From assembly GCA_951406725.2 (NCBI GenBank), contig OX597823.1:27590001-27654000 (forward strand): a stretch of DNA of 64,000 nucleotides. Direction: 5' to 3'. This document shows positions 14,229 to 26,022 of this stretch, piece by piece. A model generated the notes under the pieces. It saw only the letters and a list, made by a program, of their open reading frames with translations, did no database searches and was not told where the DNA came from. The translations under genes and the position numbers were made by a program. Origin of the DNA: Octopus vulgaris. Taxonomy: Eukaryota. How positions within the stretch are numbered: position 1 is the stretch's first letter; every line of letters begins with the position of its first letter.

Positions 14229-14364
14229 GCGTTAGGAAGGGCATCCAGCTGTAGAAACACTGCCACATCTGACTGGCCTGGTGCAGCCTTCGGGCTTCCC
14301 AGACCCCAGTTGAACCGTCCAACCCATGCTAGCATGGAAAGCGGACGTTAAACGATGATGATGA

Positions 14365-14454
<90 letters not shown>

Positions 14455-14729
14455 ATATACACACACACTAAGATCCAGATATACACATGAACACACACCA
14501 AATGCATCTGCAAATTAACACACACAAATACACATACACATCTAAACATACATACACACACAATGACATAATCACATGAAAATTCTAATATTACAATAAA
14601 ATTAGTTGCTTGGAGCTAAATTCTTATTGTAAAATATACATTCACTAGTAAAGCCCTGTTGCACAAAGGAGGCAACAGAAGGGTGTACACACACACACAT
14701 GTATGTGTGTATAATGTGTGTGTTTGTGT

Positions 14730-15325
14730 GAGACCATAACCTGTGGCCTATGCCAGCGGTGTAACCAGCCTACTTATGTGTTGTTTGCGAAGACCTGCTG
14801 CGGCAAGTAAAATCACAATCAAAATCAAATTTGCTGACATGGCCAATGACAGCACGCCCTAACTAGCACCCATGCCAGTGGAATGTTAAAAGCACCATCC
14901 AAGTGTGATTGTTGCCAGGGCCACTGACTGGCTCCTGTGCCGGTGGCACATAAAAAGCATCATTTGAGCGTGATCGTTACCAATGTCATCTTACTGGTAC
15001 TTGTGCCGGTGGCACATCAAAGACAACATTCGAGCGAGGTCGTTGCCAATGCCGCTGGATTGGCCTCCTGTGCAGGTGGCACATAAAAACACCACTTGAG
15101 TGTGGCAGTTGCCAGTACCACCTGACTGGCCCTCATGCAAGTGGCAAGTAAAAGCACCCACTACACTCTCAGAGTTGTTGGCGTTAGGAAGGGCATCCAG
15201 CTATCGAAGCTCTGCCAGATCAGATTGGAGCCTGGTGCAGCCATCTGGCTCACCAGTCTTCAGTCAAACCGTCCAAGCCATACCAACATGGAAATAAGAC
15301 ATTAAATGATGATGATGATGATAAT
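14730..15325 (+). mobile_element. SINE family D (internal ~60 bp tandem repeats, RTE-like tail ending in (GAT)n)
   Basis: Repeats of gtgccggtggcacataaaaagca, then ggcgttaggaagggcatccagc...catggaaa..gacattaaatgatgatg. Other copies at 14227-14367, 26820-27295, 42140-42320, 62995-63230 and 63557-63700. Confidence 0.7.
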
Positions 15326-15719
15326 GATATAACCACTTAATCTGTTCCTTCAATTTGGATTTACATGGGATTATTCGTAAGGAGCTATAACTTCACGGAA
15401 GTATGGACCAACCTCTAGACCCTTCGGAATAAGATGAACTGTGAACTTTATACTTCTATCTTTATTCATCTATCTACTGTTTTATTCTTTTATACACTGA
15501 ATTCTCGTTCTGGAACTTTCCTACATACACACCTTGTCTTTGATGATGGAATACCTAGTGTATGGAGATGCTAACCCATCACCTGGGATATCCCAGAAAA
15601 GCTGGAAGACATTAATTACTTCTAATTCACCTTACTTTAATTAAGTACTCTAAATGACCTGAGATACTCATCCTGCCTTGATTTTGTTGACCTTTTTCCT
15701 CTAATATATATATATATAT

Positions 15720-16023
15720 CACGTGATCATGTGACCGACCAGACCATCAGATGTTGTTACACATCGCTGGTCACAATGCGTTCGCATTGTTTTAGCCTTC
15801 GAATGACGCCACCCCGTTGGCTAAGCGAGTAGGCCAACAGAAGAAAGAGTGGGAGAAAGAGTGGTGAAAGAGTACAGCAGGGATCACCACACCCTGCCGG
15901 AGCCTCGTGGAGCTTTTAGGTGTTTTTGCTCAATAAACACTCACAACGCCCGGCCTGGGAATCAAAACCGCGATCCTACGACCGCGAATTCGCTGCCCTA
16001 ACCACTGGGCCATTGCGCCTCCA
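15720..16023 (-). mobile_element. SINE family C (tRNA-derived)
   Basis: Head ggaggcgcaatggcccagtggttagggcagcg with A and B boxes. Copies at 17236-17545, 18917-19130, 53400-53705 and 58678-58797. Confidence 0.8.
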
Positions 16024-16034
16024 CATATGTATAT

Positions 16035-16247
16035 ACAGTGATCTCTCGACTATCACAGATATTACGGTCCAAAACCCATTGCGATAAGCAAGAAGCTGTA
16101 CACACAGTACTATACTGTATATTTTAAAAATTATTTTTATAATTTGTATCTGTTTATTTTATTATAAATGCAAAATAACACCATGGAGGAATCGACGTAA
16201 GCTTAAATAATAAACCACGATAGGTGAACTGCACAATATGGTGAGGA

Positions 16248-16255
<8 letters not shown>
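16035..16255. mobile_element. Tc1/pogo(Tigger)-like MITE
   Basis: TA-CAGTGATCTCTCG start and ...GAGGAATTACTG end (degenerate TIRs). Confidence 0.45.
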
Positions 16256-16299
<44 letters not shown>

Positions 16300-16653
16300 A
16301 TGTGTGCATGCATGCGTGTGTGGAGGCATCTAGGAGTTTTGAGAGACCATGGATCAGACAGATCTGAACTTGGAAAATCTTGCTTCTGCTTTGTTAGAAG
16401 AGTAGCATCTGCCTGTAACTAGAGACCTACACAGAAGTAACAGTCCAGATTAAATCAACTGTACACCAAAATCCTTGCCCACCACCACTCTACTAACCAT
16501 GTTCTGCCTGTCAAATAACCAGATGAAAATAATACAAGTACATTAATTGCACCCTTTGATGGATTAAACTCAGATTTCACCATTTATTGTTATTATTTTG
16601 CTTTGGGGAAATTTTTGTATGTTGTCTTCTTCACTACAGTTTTCACTTCCTTG

Positions 16654-16971
16654 TCACCAGATTTAGCGCCTTCAGACTATTATCTCTTCGGCCACATGAA
16701 ATAAGGTTTGAGAGGCAAACATTATTCCAGTGACGAGGAAGCAAAAACTGTAGTGAAGTAGTGGCTCAAAGAACAGTCAACAGAATTTTACGAGGCAGGG
16801 ATACATGCTCTCATTCGAAGGTGGAACATTGCTATTGAGAGAAACAGTGACTATGTTGAGAAATAGGGGTGTGATCGACAGAGGACCAGCTTCATTTTGA
16901 TGTATGATACATGTTCCTGTGTTGGTAATTATACCTGTCCTAAACAAAATGGCATTACTTTTTGACAGACC

Positions 16972-16977
<6 letters not shown>
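16654..16977 (+). mobile_element. Mariner transposase 3' remnant with right TIR
   Basis: SPDLAPSDYYLFGHMK*GLRGKHYSSDEEAKTVVK*WLKEQSTEFYEAGIHALIRRWNIAIERNSDYVEK* (YSPDLAP motif, two internal stops), then TIR cattactttttgacagaccctcaTA. Confidence 0.88.
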
Positions 16978-17012
<35 letters not shown>

Positions 17013-17591
17013 TTATGTAAGAAAAAAGAAATGACAAAGGAATAAATGAGTATTGTATGAACTTCATTAGGTTACAGCTGTAAGTTAATGAAGTTCATAA
17101 GATTATTCCTTCCTCTTTTTCTTACCCCCACTCTATACTCGCCTAATTCTTTGTTCAGAAGCATATGTATTTTCAGTTCTACACCAGATTACTAGTACTG
17201 TAATGCCTCAGCAGCAAGAATGTATGTATGTATGTGGAGGTGCAATGGCCCAGTGGTTAGGGCAGCGTACTCGCGGTCATAGGATAGCGGTTTCGATTCC
17301 CGGACCGGGTGCTATGAGTGTTTATTGAGTGCAAACACCTAAAAGCTCCACAAGGTTCTGGCAGGGGGTGGTGGCGACCCCTGTTGTACTCTTTCACCCC
17401 AACTTTCTCTCACCCTTTCTTCCTGTTTCTTGGGAAACGCTGCGATGGATTGGTGTCCTGTCCAGCTGGGGGGGGGAACACATACGCCGCAGAAACCGGG
17501 AAACCGGGCCCATGACTCTGACTAAGCTTGAAAAGGGCTCATAAAAAATTTTTTTAAATGTATATATGTATGTATGTAATGTGTGTATATA

Positions 17592-17629
<38 letters not shown>

Positions 17630-17636
<7 letters not shown>

Positions 17637-18203
17637 GTGTGTGTTTGTGTCTGTATTTGTCTCCCCACCATCGCTTGACAACCACTCTTGGTGTGTTTAC
17701 GTCCCCGTAACTTACCAGTTCAGCAAAAGACACCAATAGAATAAGTACTAGGCTTACAAAGAATAAGTCCAGAGGTCAATTTGCTCGACTAAAAGGTGGT
17801 GCTCCAGCATGGCTACAGTCAAAATTATTGAAACAAGTAAAAGTCTTTATACACAAATACATATATACATTCCTATGTGTGTGTATACATATGTACATGC
17901 ACATTATATATGTATGTGGTAAGTAGCTTGCTTCTCGACCACATAGTTCCGGGTTCAGTCCCACAACGTAGCACCTTGGGTAAGAGTCTTCTACTATAGC
18001 CTCAGGCTGACCAAAGCCTTGTGAGTGGTTTTGGTACACAGAAATTGAAAGAAGCCCGTCATACATACATATATATATGTATGTATGCGTGTGCATATGT
18101 TTGTGTGTCTGTGTTTGTCCCCCCAACATCGGTTTTGCTCGACTAAAGGCGGTGCTCCAGCATGGCCACAGTCAAATGACTGAAACAAATAAAAGAGTAA
18201 AGA

Positions 18204-18248
<45 letters not shown>

Positions 18249-18645
18249 TGTGTGGTAAGTAGCTTGCTTACCAACCACATGGTTCCAGGTTCAGTCCCAC
18301 TGCGTGGCATCTTGGGCAAGTGTCTTCTGCTATAGCCCCGGGTCGACCAATGCCTTGTGAGTGGATTTGGTAGATGGAAACTGAAAAAAGCCTGTCATAT
18401 ATATGTATATATATATATATGTATGTGTGTGTCTATGTGTCTCTGTGTTTGTCCCCCCAACATTGCTTGACAACCGATGCTGGTGTGTTTATGTCCCCGT
18501 CACTTAGCGGTTTGGCAAAAAGAGACCAATAGAATAAGTACTGGGCTTACAAAAAGAATAAGTCCCAGGGTCGAGTTGCTCGACTAAAGGCGGTGCTCCA
18601 GCATGGCCGCAGTCAAATGACTGAAACAAGTAAAAGAGAAAAGAG
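17630..18645 (+). mobile_element. Tandem cluster of three SINE A copies or fragments
   Basis: Repeated heads and tails at ~17630-17845, 17915-18205 and 18245-18645. Confidence 0.8.
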
Positions 18646-18651
18646 TATATA

Positions 18652-18878
18652 TTCTGGAGTAAGCACGTAAAAGTGAAACAAGGTGGAAAAAATAGTACTC
18701 AAATACCAGAGGTAGAGCAGTATGCTTTATTTAAAAGCAGCAGAAATATCACAAAAAACTGTTACTCAGAGTTTCATGTTCCCATTTGTCAGACTGTTTT
18801 CTAACAAAACTGTCCGACGAACAGGAACACGAAACTCTGAGTAACAGTTTTTGTGATATTTCTGCTGCTTTAAATAAA

Positions 18879-18883
<5 letters not shown>
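18652..18883. mobile_element. Hairpin element with two inverted degenerate HHRs (family 2)
   Basis: Inverted repeat 18721-18883. Plus arm: AAAACTGT-CCGACGA-acaggaacac-GAAAC tctga GTA-ACAGTTTT. Minus arm: CTGACAA-ATG ggaa CAT-GAAAC tctga GTA. Confidence 0.7.
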
Positions 18884-18909
<26 letters not shown>

Positions 18910-21409
18910 CGAAAGAAGGCGCAATGGCCTAGTGGTTAGGGCAGCGGACTCGCGGTCGCAGGATCGCGGTTTCGATTCTCAGACCGGGCGTTGTGTGTGT
19001 TTATTGAGCGAAAACACCTAAAAGCTCTACGAGGCTCCGGCAGGGGGTGGTGATCCCTGCTGTACTCTTTCACCACAATGGCGGTGCCCCAGCATGGCCA
19101 CAGCTCAAGAGCTGAAACTGGAAAAACAAAATAAAAAGGTTTGAAAATGCAATTTTAAAAGATGTTTATTTACTTTACCAGTTTTACTCTTTAGAAAAAG
19201 ATTGTCAAAAGTAACATGTAAATGTTTGGTTGTGTTAATTATTGGTTGTCACAAATTGCTACAATATATATATATACAGTCTTTGGTATATATTTGAGAA
19301 ATGTGCAAGTAAACTTTTGTGTATGTGTACATATATGTTACTCTGTGTGTGTGTGTGTGTGTGTGTACATACAGGAAAATTCAATAACAAAAAGAAAAAT
19401 ATATATATATATACAGTTGAAATTTACAGAAAAACAAGACGAAGACAGGTATATAAACAACACGCAAAAATATATAGAGAGAGAAATATATATATATATG
19501 AAAAGAGAGAGAAAGAGATTTGCATAGTGATGCAAGGCATTAAACAAATGGCAATTGTTTTATATAATAATGTTTAGGTTTACCTCCTAACGTTCACACA
19601 CCTTACTTCACAATCCAGTCTATGCCTGTGGCAATATATATAAAACACAGCTATATGCTTATCTGTGTAACTTTCTTTGTTTAAACTCAGCAACCTTTAG
19701 AACATACAATTGCAGATCAGAGAAGGATTGAAGGAAGAGGAAAAGAAAAGGTGGGGAAAAGAAGACTAAGGACCCCCCACCCACACACCCACCGAAAAAA
19801 ATAAGGAAGATTAAAAAAAAAATAAAAGAATGAAACAGAAAGCAAAAGGAAGAAAGAATGTGTCATCAAGTAAAATAATTCAAACGTAATATGAAACGGA
19901 ATAAGTTTTTAAAATGGGTTAACATTATGAGCCCAAAACATTGAACTTCGAAGCTTTAGACTTTTTACAGAATTTGGAATTGTTAAATTTATCCCAGATT
20001 TCTATTGTTAATATAACTGAGTTTCAGAATTCCAGATTTTTAAATTTTCTGTTGGTGATATTCTAAAATTTTTTATTTATTTAAAAAGTCTTTTTTTGTA
20101 TGTGTCTGTGTGTTTTGTAATGTAGCTTTCTCGTTATATATCAGATGCCTTTCATACACAAACACACATACAGAACTTTATGAAAGAGAGACAGAGAGAG
20201 AGAAAGAAAGACAGAAAACATCAATAAACATCAGAGCTGATGTAAAAGTCACAAGTTTTAAAGAAGAATGAAAATATATTTTGTAGGAACATATTTGGAA
20301 TAGATTAAGAAAATCTATTTGGAAGCAAGAAGCTTACAAGGTAAATATTTATTTTGTTTTATTTATACATTTAGATTTGCATTTTTTGAATTATTCATTT
20401 AAATATTCATGCAGATGAATGAGTATCTAAATATTTCATTCATTCTTCAAAGAAATTCCACCATTTTTGTTCCATGCAATACACAAGCACACACAAAACA
20501 GACATGTATATACATACACTTAGATATGAATATAAGCCTAATTAATTATGAAGACATAAATATATATATGTTTATATAAAGAGAGAGAGAAACTTTAAGC
20601 AGCAACCAAATATGATTTGCCTTCCAGAAAATTAACAAAAGAACTCTATAGCATTTGATGAGTATATACAAAAATATTATGGACAGATGGATGGATAGAG
20701 AGGCAGACAGGCAACTGTAAAAATTAAAGAAAAGAACAACTCAATACATACAGTGTAGTTTATTCATTCTCTGAACCGAGTTTCCATCTCATTCTTTAAG
20801 CCAGAGAGAGAAACTGCACAAGGCTAGAAACTCCTGTTGTGTTCTGTCCTACCTACTGGTCTCCTGCCCAATGACCAGCTGAAAATACTTGGACATTTAC
20901 TAAAGAACTTCCAGAACCTGTCAATATTTTGGGGGCTGAACCCCCAGGGGGTGACAGTAGGCAGAATTTAAAACCAAGAATGCATAGGGCCACAACAAAT
21001 ACCACAAGGCATTCTGTTTTGATACTGTACTAAATAAAATAAAACACAGGTCCAATACTTGTATTTTATTTATCAGCCCTGAAAGGATGAAAGGGAAAGC
21101 TGGGTTCAGGAGGATTTGAACCCAGATACAGACAGCTGGAACAAGTAATGCAAGGCATTCTAACAACTCTAATAATCTGGTCCCTCATATTTAAGAATGA
21201 TGAATAACACTTAGACACTTTGTTTAATATAGCCAGTGATATTTAATACTTGAGAGATGACTGAAATAGTGCTTTTTATTATAAATAGGTCTGCTCGGTT
21301 GTGGCTGACCTGGGGCTAAATAACAACTACTGCTGCTGCTACTACTACTAAAACTACTACTACTACTACTGTTAAAACTAACATAATTTTTAGAATATTT
21401 TTCTCTACA

Positions 21410-22580
21410 AAGGTGGTGAGCTGACAGAACTGTTAGCACAACGGGAGAAATACTTAGTGGTATTTCGTCTGTCTTTACGTTCTGAGTTCAAATTCCACCA
21501 AGGTTGACCATGCTTTTCATCCTTTCAGGATCGATAAATTAAGTTCCAGTTGCATACTGGGGTCTGTCTAATCGACTGGCCACCTCCCCAAAAATTCCGG
21601 GCCTTGTGCCTAGAGTAGAAAAGATTATTAATAATGCAGCAAGCTGGCAGAATCGTTAGCTTACTGGGCAAAATGCTTAGCAGTATTTCACTTGTTGCTG
21701 CATTCAGAGTTCAAATTCCGCCAAGGTCGACTTTGCCTTTCATCCTTTCAGGATCGATAAAATAAGTACCAGTTGAACACTGGGGCTGATATAATCAGCT
21801 TGCCTTCTGCCACGAACTTGGCTCTTGCACCAAAATTTGAAAACATTATTATTATTAGTAGTAGTAGTAGTGGTAGTAGCATTTACAATGTTTCTATTAG
21901 CTTCTTTCTTCAATATAACTTCTTCCTAAGGCAGTGAGCTGGCAGAAACGTTAGCACGGCGGGCAAAATGCTTAGTAGTATTTTGTCTGCTGCTACGTTC
22001 TGAGTTCAAATTCCGCCGAGGTCGACTTTGCCTTTCATCATTTCGGGGTCGATTAAATAAGTACCAGTTATACACTGGGGTTGATATAATCGACTTAATC
22101 TGTTTGTCTGTCCTTGTTTGTCCTCTCAGTGTTTAGCCCCTTGTGGATAGTAAAGAAATAGGTATTTCGTACATTTCTTTAAAGGCGGCGAGCTGGCAGA
22201 AACATTAGCACACCGGGCAAAATGCATAGCCGTATTTCGTCTGCCATTACGTTCTGAGTTCAAATTCCACTGAGGTCGACTTTGCCTTTTATCCTTTTGG
22301 GGTCGATTAAATAAGTACCAGTTATGCACTGGAGTCGATGTAATCGACTTAATCCGTTTGTCTGTCCTTGTTTGTCCTCTCTGTGTGTAGCCCCTTGTGG
22401 GTAGTAAAAAAATAAGTATTTCATCTGTCTTTATGTTGAGTTCAAATTCCACTGAGATTGACTTTGCCTTTTATCCTTTCAAGGTCAATAACATAAGTAC
22501 CAGTTGCATACTGGGGTCAATCTAATCGAATGGCCCCCTCCCCAAACATTTCAGGCCTTGTGCCTAGAGTAGAAAAGAAA
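21410..22580 (+). mobile_element. Cluster of five SINE B copies
   Basis: Repeated ggcggcgagctggcagaaacgttagc...gagttcaaattccgccgaggtcgactttgcctttcatcctttcggggtcgataaattaagtaccag. Further copies at 870-1070, 23240-23445, 30140-30335, 32245-32460, 33120-33330, 47480-47700 and 61995-62460. Confidence 0.85.
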
Positions 22581-23079
22581 AGAATATCCTTCTCTATCGT
22601 TTCTACTTTAAAGTCACCCTCTATAATACGGATACACTATTGCTCTTTAACCAATGGTTATTCTATACAGAGTGGACTCATGATCACAAATATACCATTC
22701 ATGATCAGAACACTATTTTAAGGACCCTGGAAGGGTTGGAAAAGGAAAAAAGTGAAAAACGAAACTGACCTCAGTGGAATTTGAACTCAGAACACAGAGA
22801 GCTGGAACAAATACTGCAAAGCTTTTTATCCAAGGCTCTAACGATTGTTGATTTATTATTGGTTCCTAGCATGAGCATTAATTTGGCCCAAACATTAACT
22901 TGCTATATATTTTGTATTTTGTCAAATCTATCTGGAAAGCAAGTTGACTCCACTGGGATTTGAAACCAGAATGTAAAGTAATAATATAAAATACTCTAAG
23001 ACATTTTGTCCACAGATCTATCAATCCTACCCAACTTAATCCCCTTCCCCACAAGCTGCCCTTGTAGTAAATTTTGAAA

Positions 23080-23119
<40 letters not shown>

Positions 23120-23181
23120 TATTATTAAAAAAAATTTTTTTATAATAATAATAATAATGATTTCAAATTTTACTACTTTTT

Positions 23182-23222
<41 letters not shown>

Positions 23223-23446
23223 TGATGATGATTTTAAATTTTACTACAAGGGCAGCTTGGGGGAAGGGGATTAAGTCAATAACATCGATCCCAGTGCATA
23301 ACTGGTACTTATTTAATCGACCCCCAAAAGGATGAAAGGCAAAGTCGATCTCAGCGGAATTTGAACTCAGAATGTAGTTACAGAGGGAATACTTTTTAAG
23401 CATTTCGACCGGCATGCTAATGATTCTGCCAACTTACCACCTTAAC

Positions 23447-23483
<37 letters not shown>

Positions 23484-23616
23484 GTCCTGATGCAGCACAA
23501 GGCAGTGGTTCTCGTGGCTTCTGATTTGAACTGATTGGAAGTGTTATCATGTACATTGTTTTGTCTTGGAATAAAAGATAGGCTACAACAAATATTCTGC
23601 TCAATACCACAGATTT

Positions 23617-24060
23617 ATATTTAAGAGATGAGGAATTATGTACATTATTTATATTTGACAGATATTTGTCCTCATCTTGTTTGTTGTTAACACAACGTTT
23701 CAGCTGATATACCCTCCAGCCTTCATCAGGTGTCTTGGGGAAATTTTAAACCTGGGTTCTCATTCCTAAGGTATTTTTCGATGTTATTAATAATTAGTAT
23801 TATCATTATTCAGATCACTGCCTGGAATTGAACTCGGTATCTTGGGGTTAGTAGCCCATGCTTTTAACCACTACACCCAGGCAGTGACCTGAATAATAAT
23901 AATAATACTAATAATAACATTGAAAAATACCTTAGGAATGAGAACCCAGGTTTAAAATTTCTCCAAGACACCTGAAGAAGGCTAGAGGGTATATCAGCTG
24001 AAATGTTGTGTTAACAACAAACAAGATGAGGACAAATATGTCAAAATGTAAATAATCTAA
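23617..24060. mobile_element. tRNA-headed SINE carrying a minimal HHR, inverted dimer, 11 bp TSD
   Basis: TSD accacagattt at 23606-23616 and 24061-24071. Minus copy has a B box (gagttcaattcc) and an HHR. The plus copy 23877-24056 is inverted relative to it. Confidence 0.82.
23689..23735 (-). ncRNA. Minimal type I hammerhead ribozyme motif
   Basis: GACAC-CTGATGA-a-GGCTG gagggtatat CAGCT-GAAAC GTT-GTGTT. Stem III is the palindrome AACGTT and the cleavage triplet is GUU. Confidence 0.75.
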
Positions 24061-24483
24061 ACCACAGATTTGCTTGTCAGTTGTTTGACCTTAATCAGTT
24101 GAGCATATCCCTTAGTGGATGACAATATGTGCATCTCTGATCACGAGCAGAAGTAGTGGGGCAGCATCATAGCCATGTGTTGAGAGGGATTCTTTGGGGT
24201 TTGAATAGTTCACCTCTGGAAACATGGGTGTTTCATTCAACATCCTTAAACAACCCTTATTCAGGGACCTTTTGAGCGGGATGGGTTACTCAACCAGATG
24301 AAAATTCTAACTGGGCCCCACCTACAAGGTCATGTGCTGTTTATCTTGATATGAGATCACCATGTCGCGCACATATGGTTGTGATACATGTGCCTAGTGT
24401 ACCTTTATCAGATGGGTACACTGGGCTTCATATATTTTACACCAGTGTCACTTTGATGGTATGCACTGCTCTCTCACTCACTC

Positions 24484-24518
<35 letters not shown>

Positions 24519-25093
24519 TAATAGCGGTAATGATAATATTTCTTACATGAGTGGGGGAGGGTATAAGGTACCTGGAGAAAGACCTAATGTAAAGTTGATA
24601 GTTGTTTTATCAACGTTGAAGGGATGAAAGGCAAATTCCATCTCAAGGAGGGACAACTAAATATTGTCCACATGATTACAGTAATGATAACGATGATGGC
24701 AGTAATCTTGATGATGATGATGATGACAGTGGGGCATGGAGATGGTAATGATGATGAGAAGGGAGAGGAGGAGAAAAGAGGATAAAGAGGACAGTATATA
24801 GTGATAATGATGACAGTGGTGATGATGTTGGTGGTGGTGGTGGCGGCAGTGGTGTGATGACAATAATGGTGATGATGGTGGGGGGGGGGGGGGGCACGGT
24901 GACTGTGATTATGGTGAGTCCTTAATGCTTTTTTAATCTTTCCTGCCAAATTGTTTCCTCTTCTGTAAAATACAATGCCTGGGGTTATCTTGGGAGGTGG
25001 GGGACCCATAATATGGTGGCCAAGCAACTAAGATGACAATGGGAGCAGGGGTGGGGCTGGGGCTGGTTTCTTAGCAACAGCAGATTGACTGGG

Positions 25094-25557
25094 TAGTAGT
25101 AGTAATAGTAGTTGTAGTAGTAGTAGTAGCAGCAGCAGCAGTAATAGCAGCAGCAGAAGTAGCAGTAAAGGTAGTATTAGTGGCAGTAAAGGTAGCAGGA
25201 GCAGGAGTAGCAGTAAAGGTAGTAGTAGTAGTAGTAGTAGTAGCAGCAGCAGTAATAGCAGCAGCAGAAGTGACAGTAAAGGTAGTATTAGTGGCAGTAA
25301 AGGTAGCAGTAGCAGGAGTAGCAGTAAAGGTAGTAGTAGTAGTAGTAGTAGTAGTAGCAGCAGCAGTAATAGCAGCAGCAGAAGTGACAGTAAAGGTAGT
25401 ATTAGTGGCAGTAAAGGTAGCAGTAGCAGGAGGAGCAGTAAAGGTAGTAGTAGTAGAAGTAGTAGTAGTAGCAGCAGCAGTAATAGCAGCAGCAGAAGTG
25501 ACAGTAAAGGTAGTATTAGTGGCAGTAAAGGTAGCAGTAGCAGGAGTAGCAGTAAAG

Positions 25558-25588
<31 letters not shown>

Positions 25589-25790
25589 CAGCAGCAGCAG
25601 TAATAGCAGCAGCAGAAGTGACAGTAAAGGTAGTATTAGTGGCAGTAAAGGTAGCAGTAGCAGGAGTAGCAGTAAAGGTAGTAGTAGTAGTAGTAATAGC
25701 AGCAGAAGTGGCAGTAAAGGTAGTATTAGTGGCAGTAAAGGTAGCAGTAGTAACAGCAGCAGCAGCAGGAGTAGCAGTAGTAGTGATTGT
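25094..25790 (+). repeat. Higher-order minisatellite (~117-123 bp unit built from GTA/GCA triplets, about 5.5 copies)
   Basis: Unit gcagcagtaatagcagcagcagaagtgacagtaaaggtagtattagtggcagtaaaggt... is repeated. Confidence 0.9.
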
Positions 25791-25810
25791 GGTTTAGTTC
25801 CAAGTCAGCC

Positions 25811-26022
25811 TTAACCTTTTCATTACTATATTTTTCTTTTGAAATACACTGACTTTATTTTAATTCGTCTTTTAAAAAAAAAATGAAGAATTTAGTAAAT
25901 TAATTGTCATAATTAATCTGGTGTTTTGGAGCCAAAATTAACAGGAAATTTTGATAGAAAGTTTTAATTTAGATAACTTCAAGCAGGGATGGTGCCAGGA
26001 AGGTTGGCATCAAAAGGGTTAA
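25811..26022. mobile_element. piggyBac-like MITE
   Basis: TTAA-CCTTTT...AAAAGGG-TTAA ends. A similar TTAA-flanked element lies at 44580-44797. Confidence 0.5.

Larger units (their letters stand above)
23481..24483 (-). mobile_element. Interspersed repeat inserted in (AAT)n, interrupted by the HHR-SINE
   Basis: Flanked by (AAT)n on both sides. An uninterrupted partial copy lies at 62464-62933. Confidence 0.7.

Noticed and set aside
17236-17310. Functional tRNA gene
   Set aside because: A and B boxes are present but run into a multi-copy SINE body, and there is no convincing acceptor stem.
25180-25797. 205 aa Val/Ala/Lys repeat protein
   Set aside because: It derives from a GTA/GCA minisatellite, has a GTG start and has no splice or expression support.
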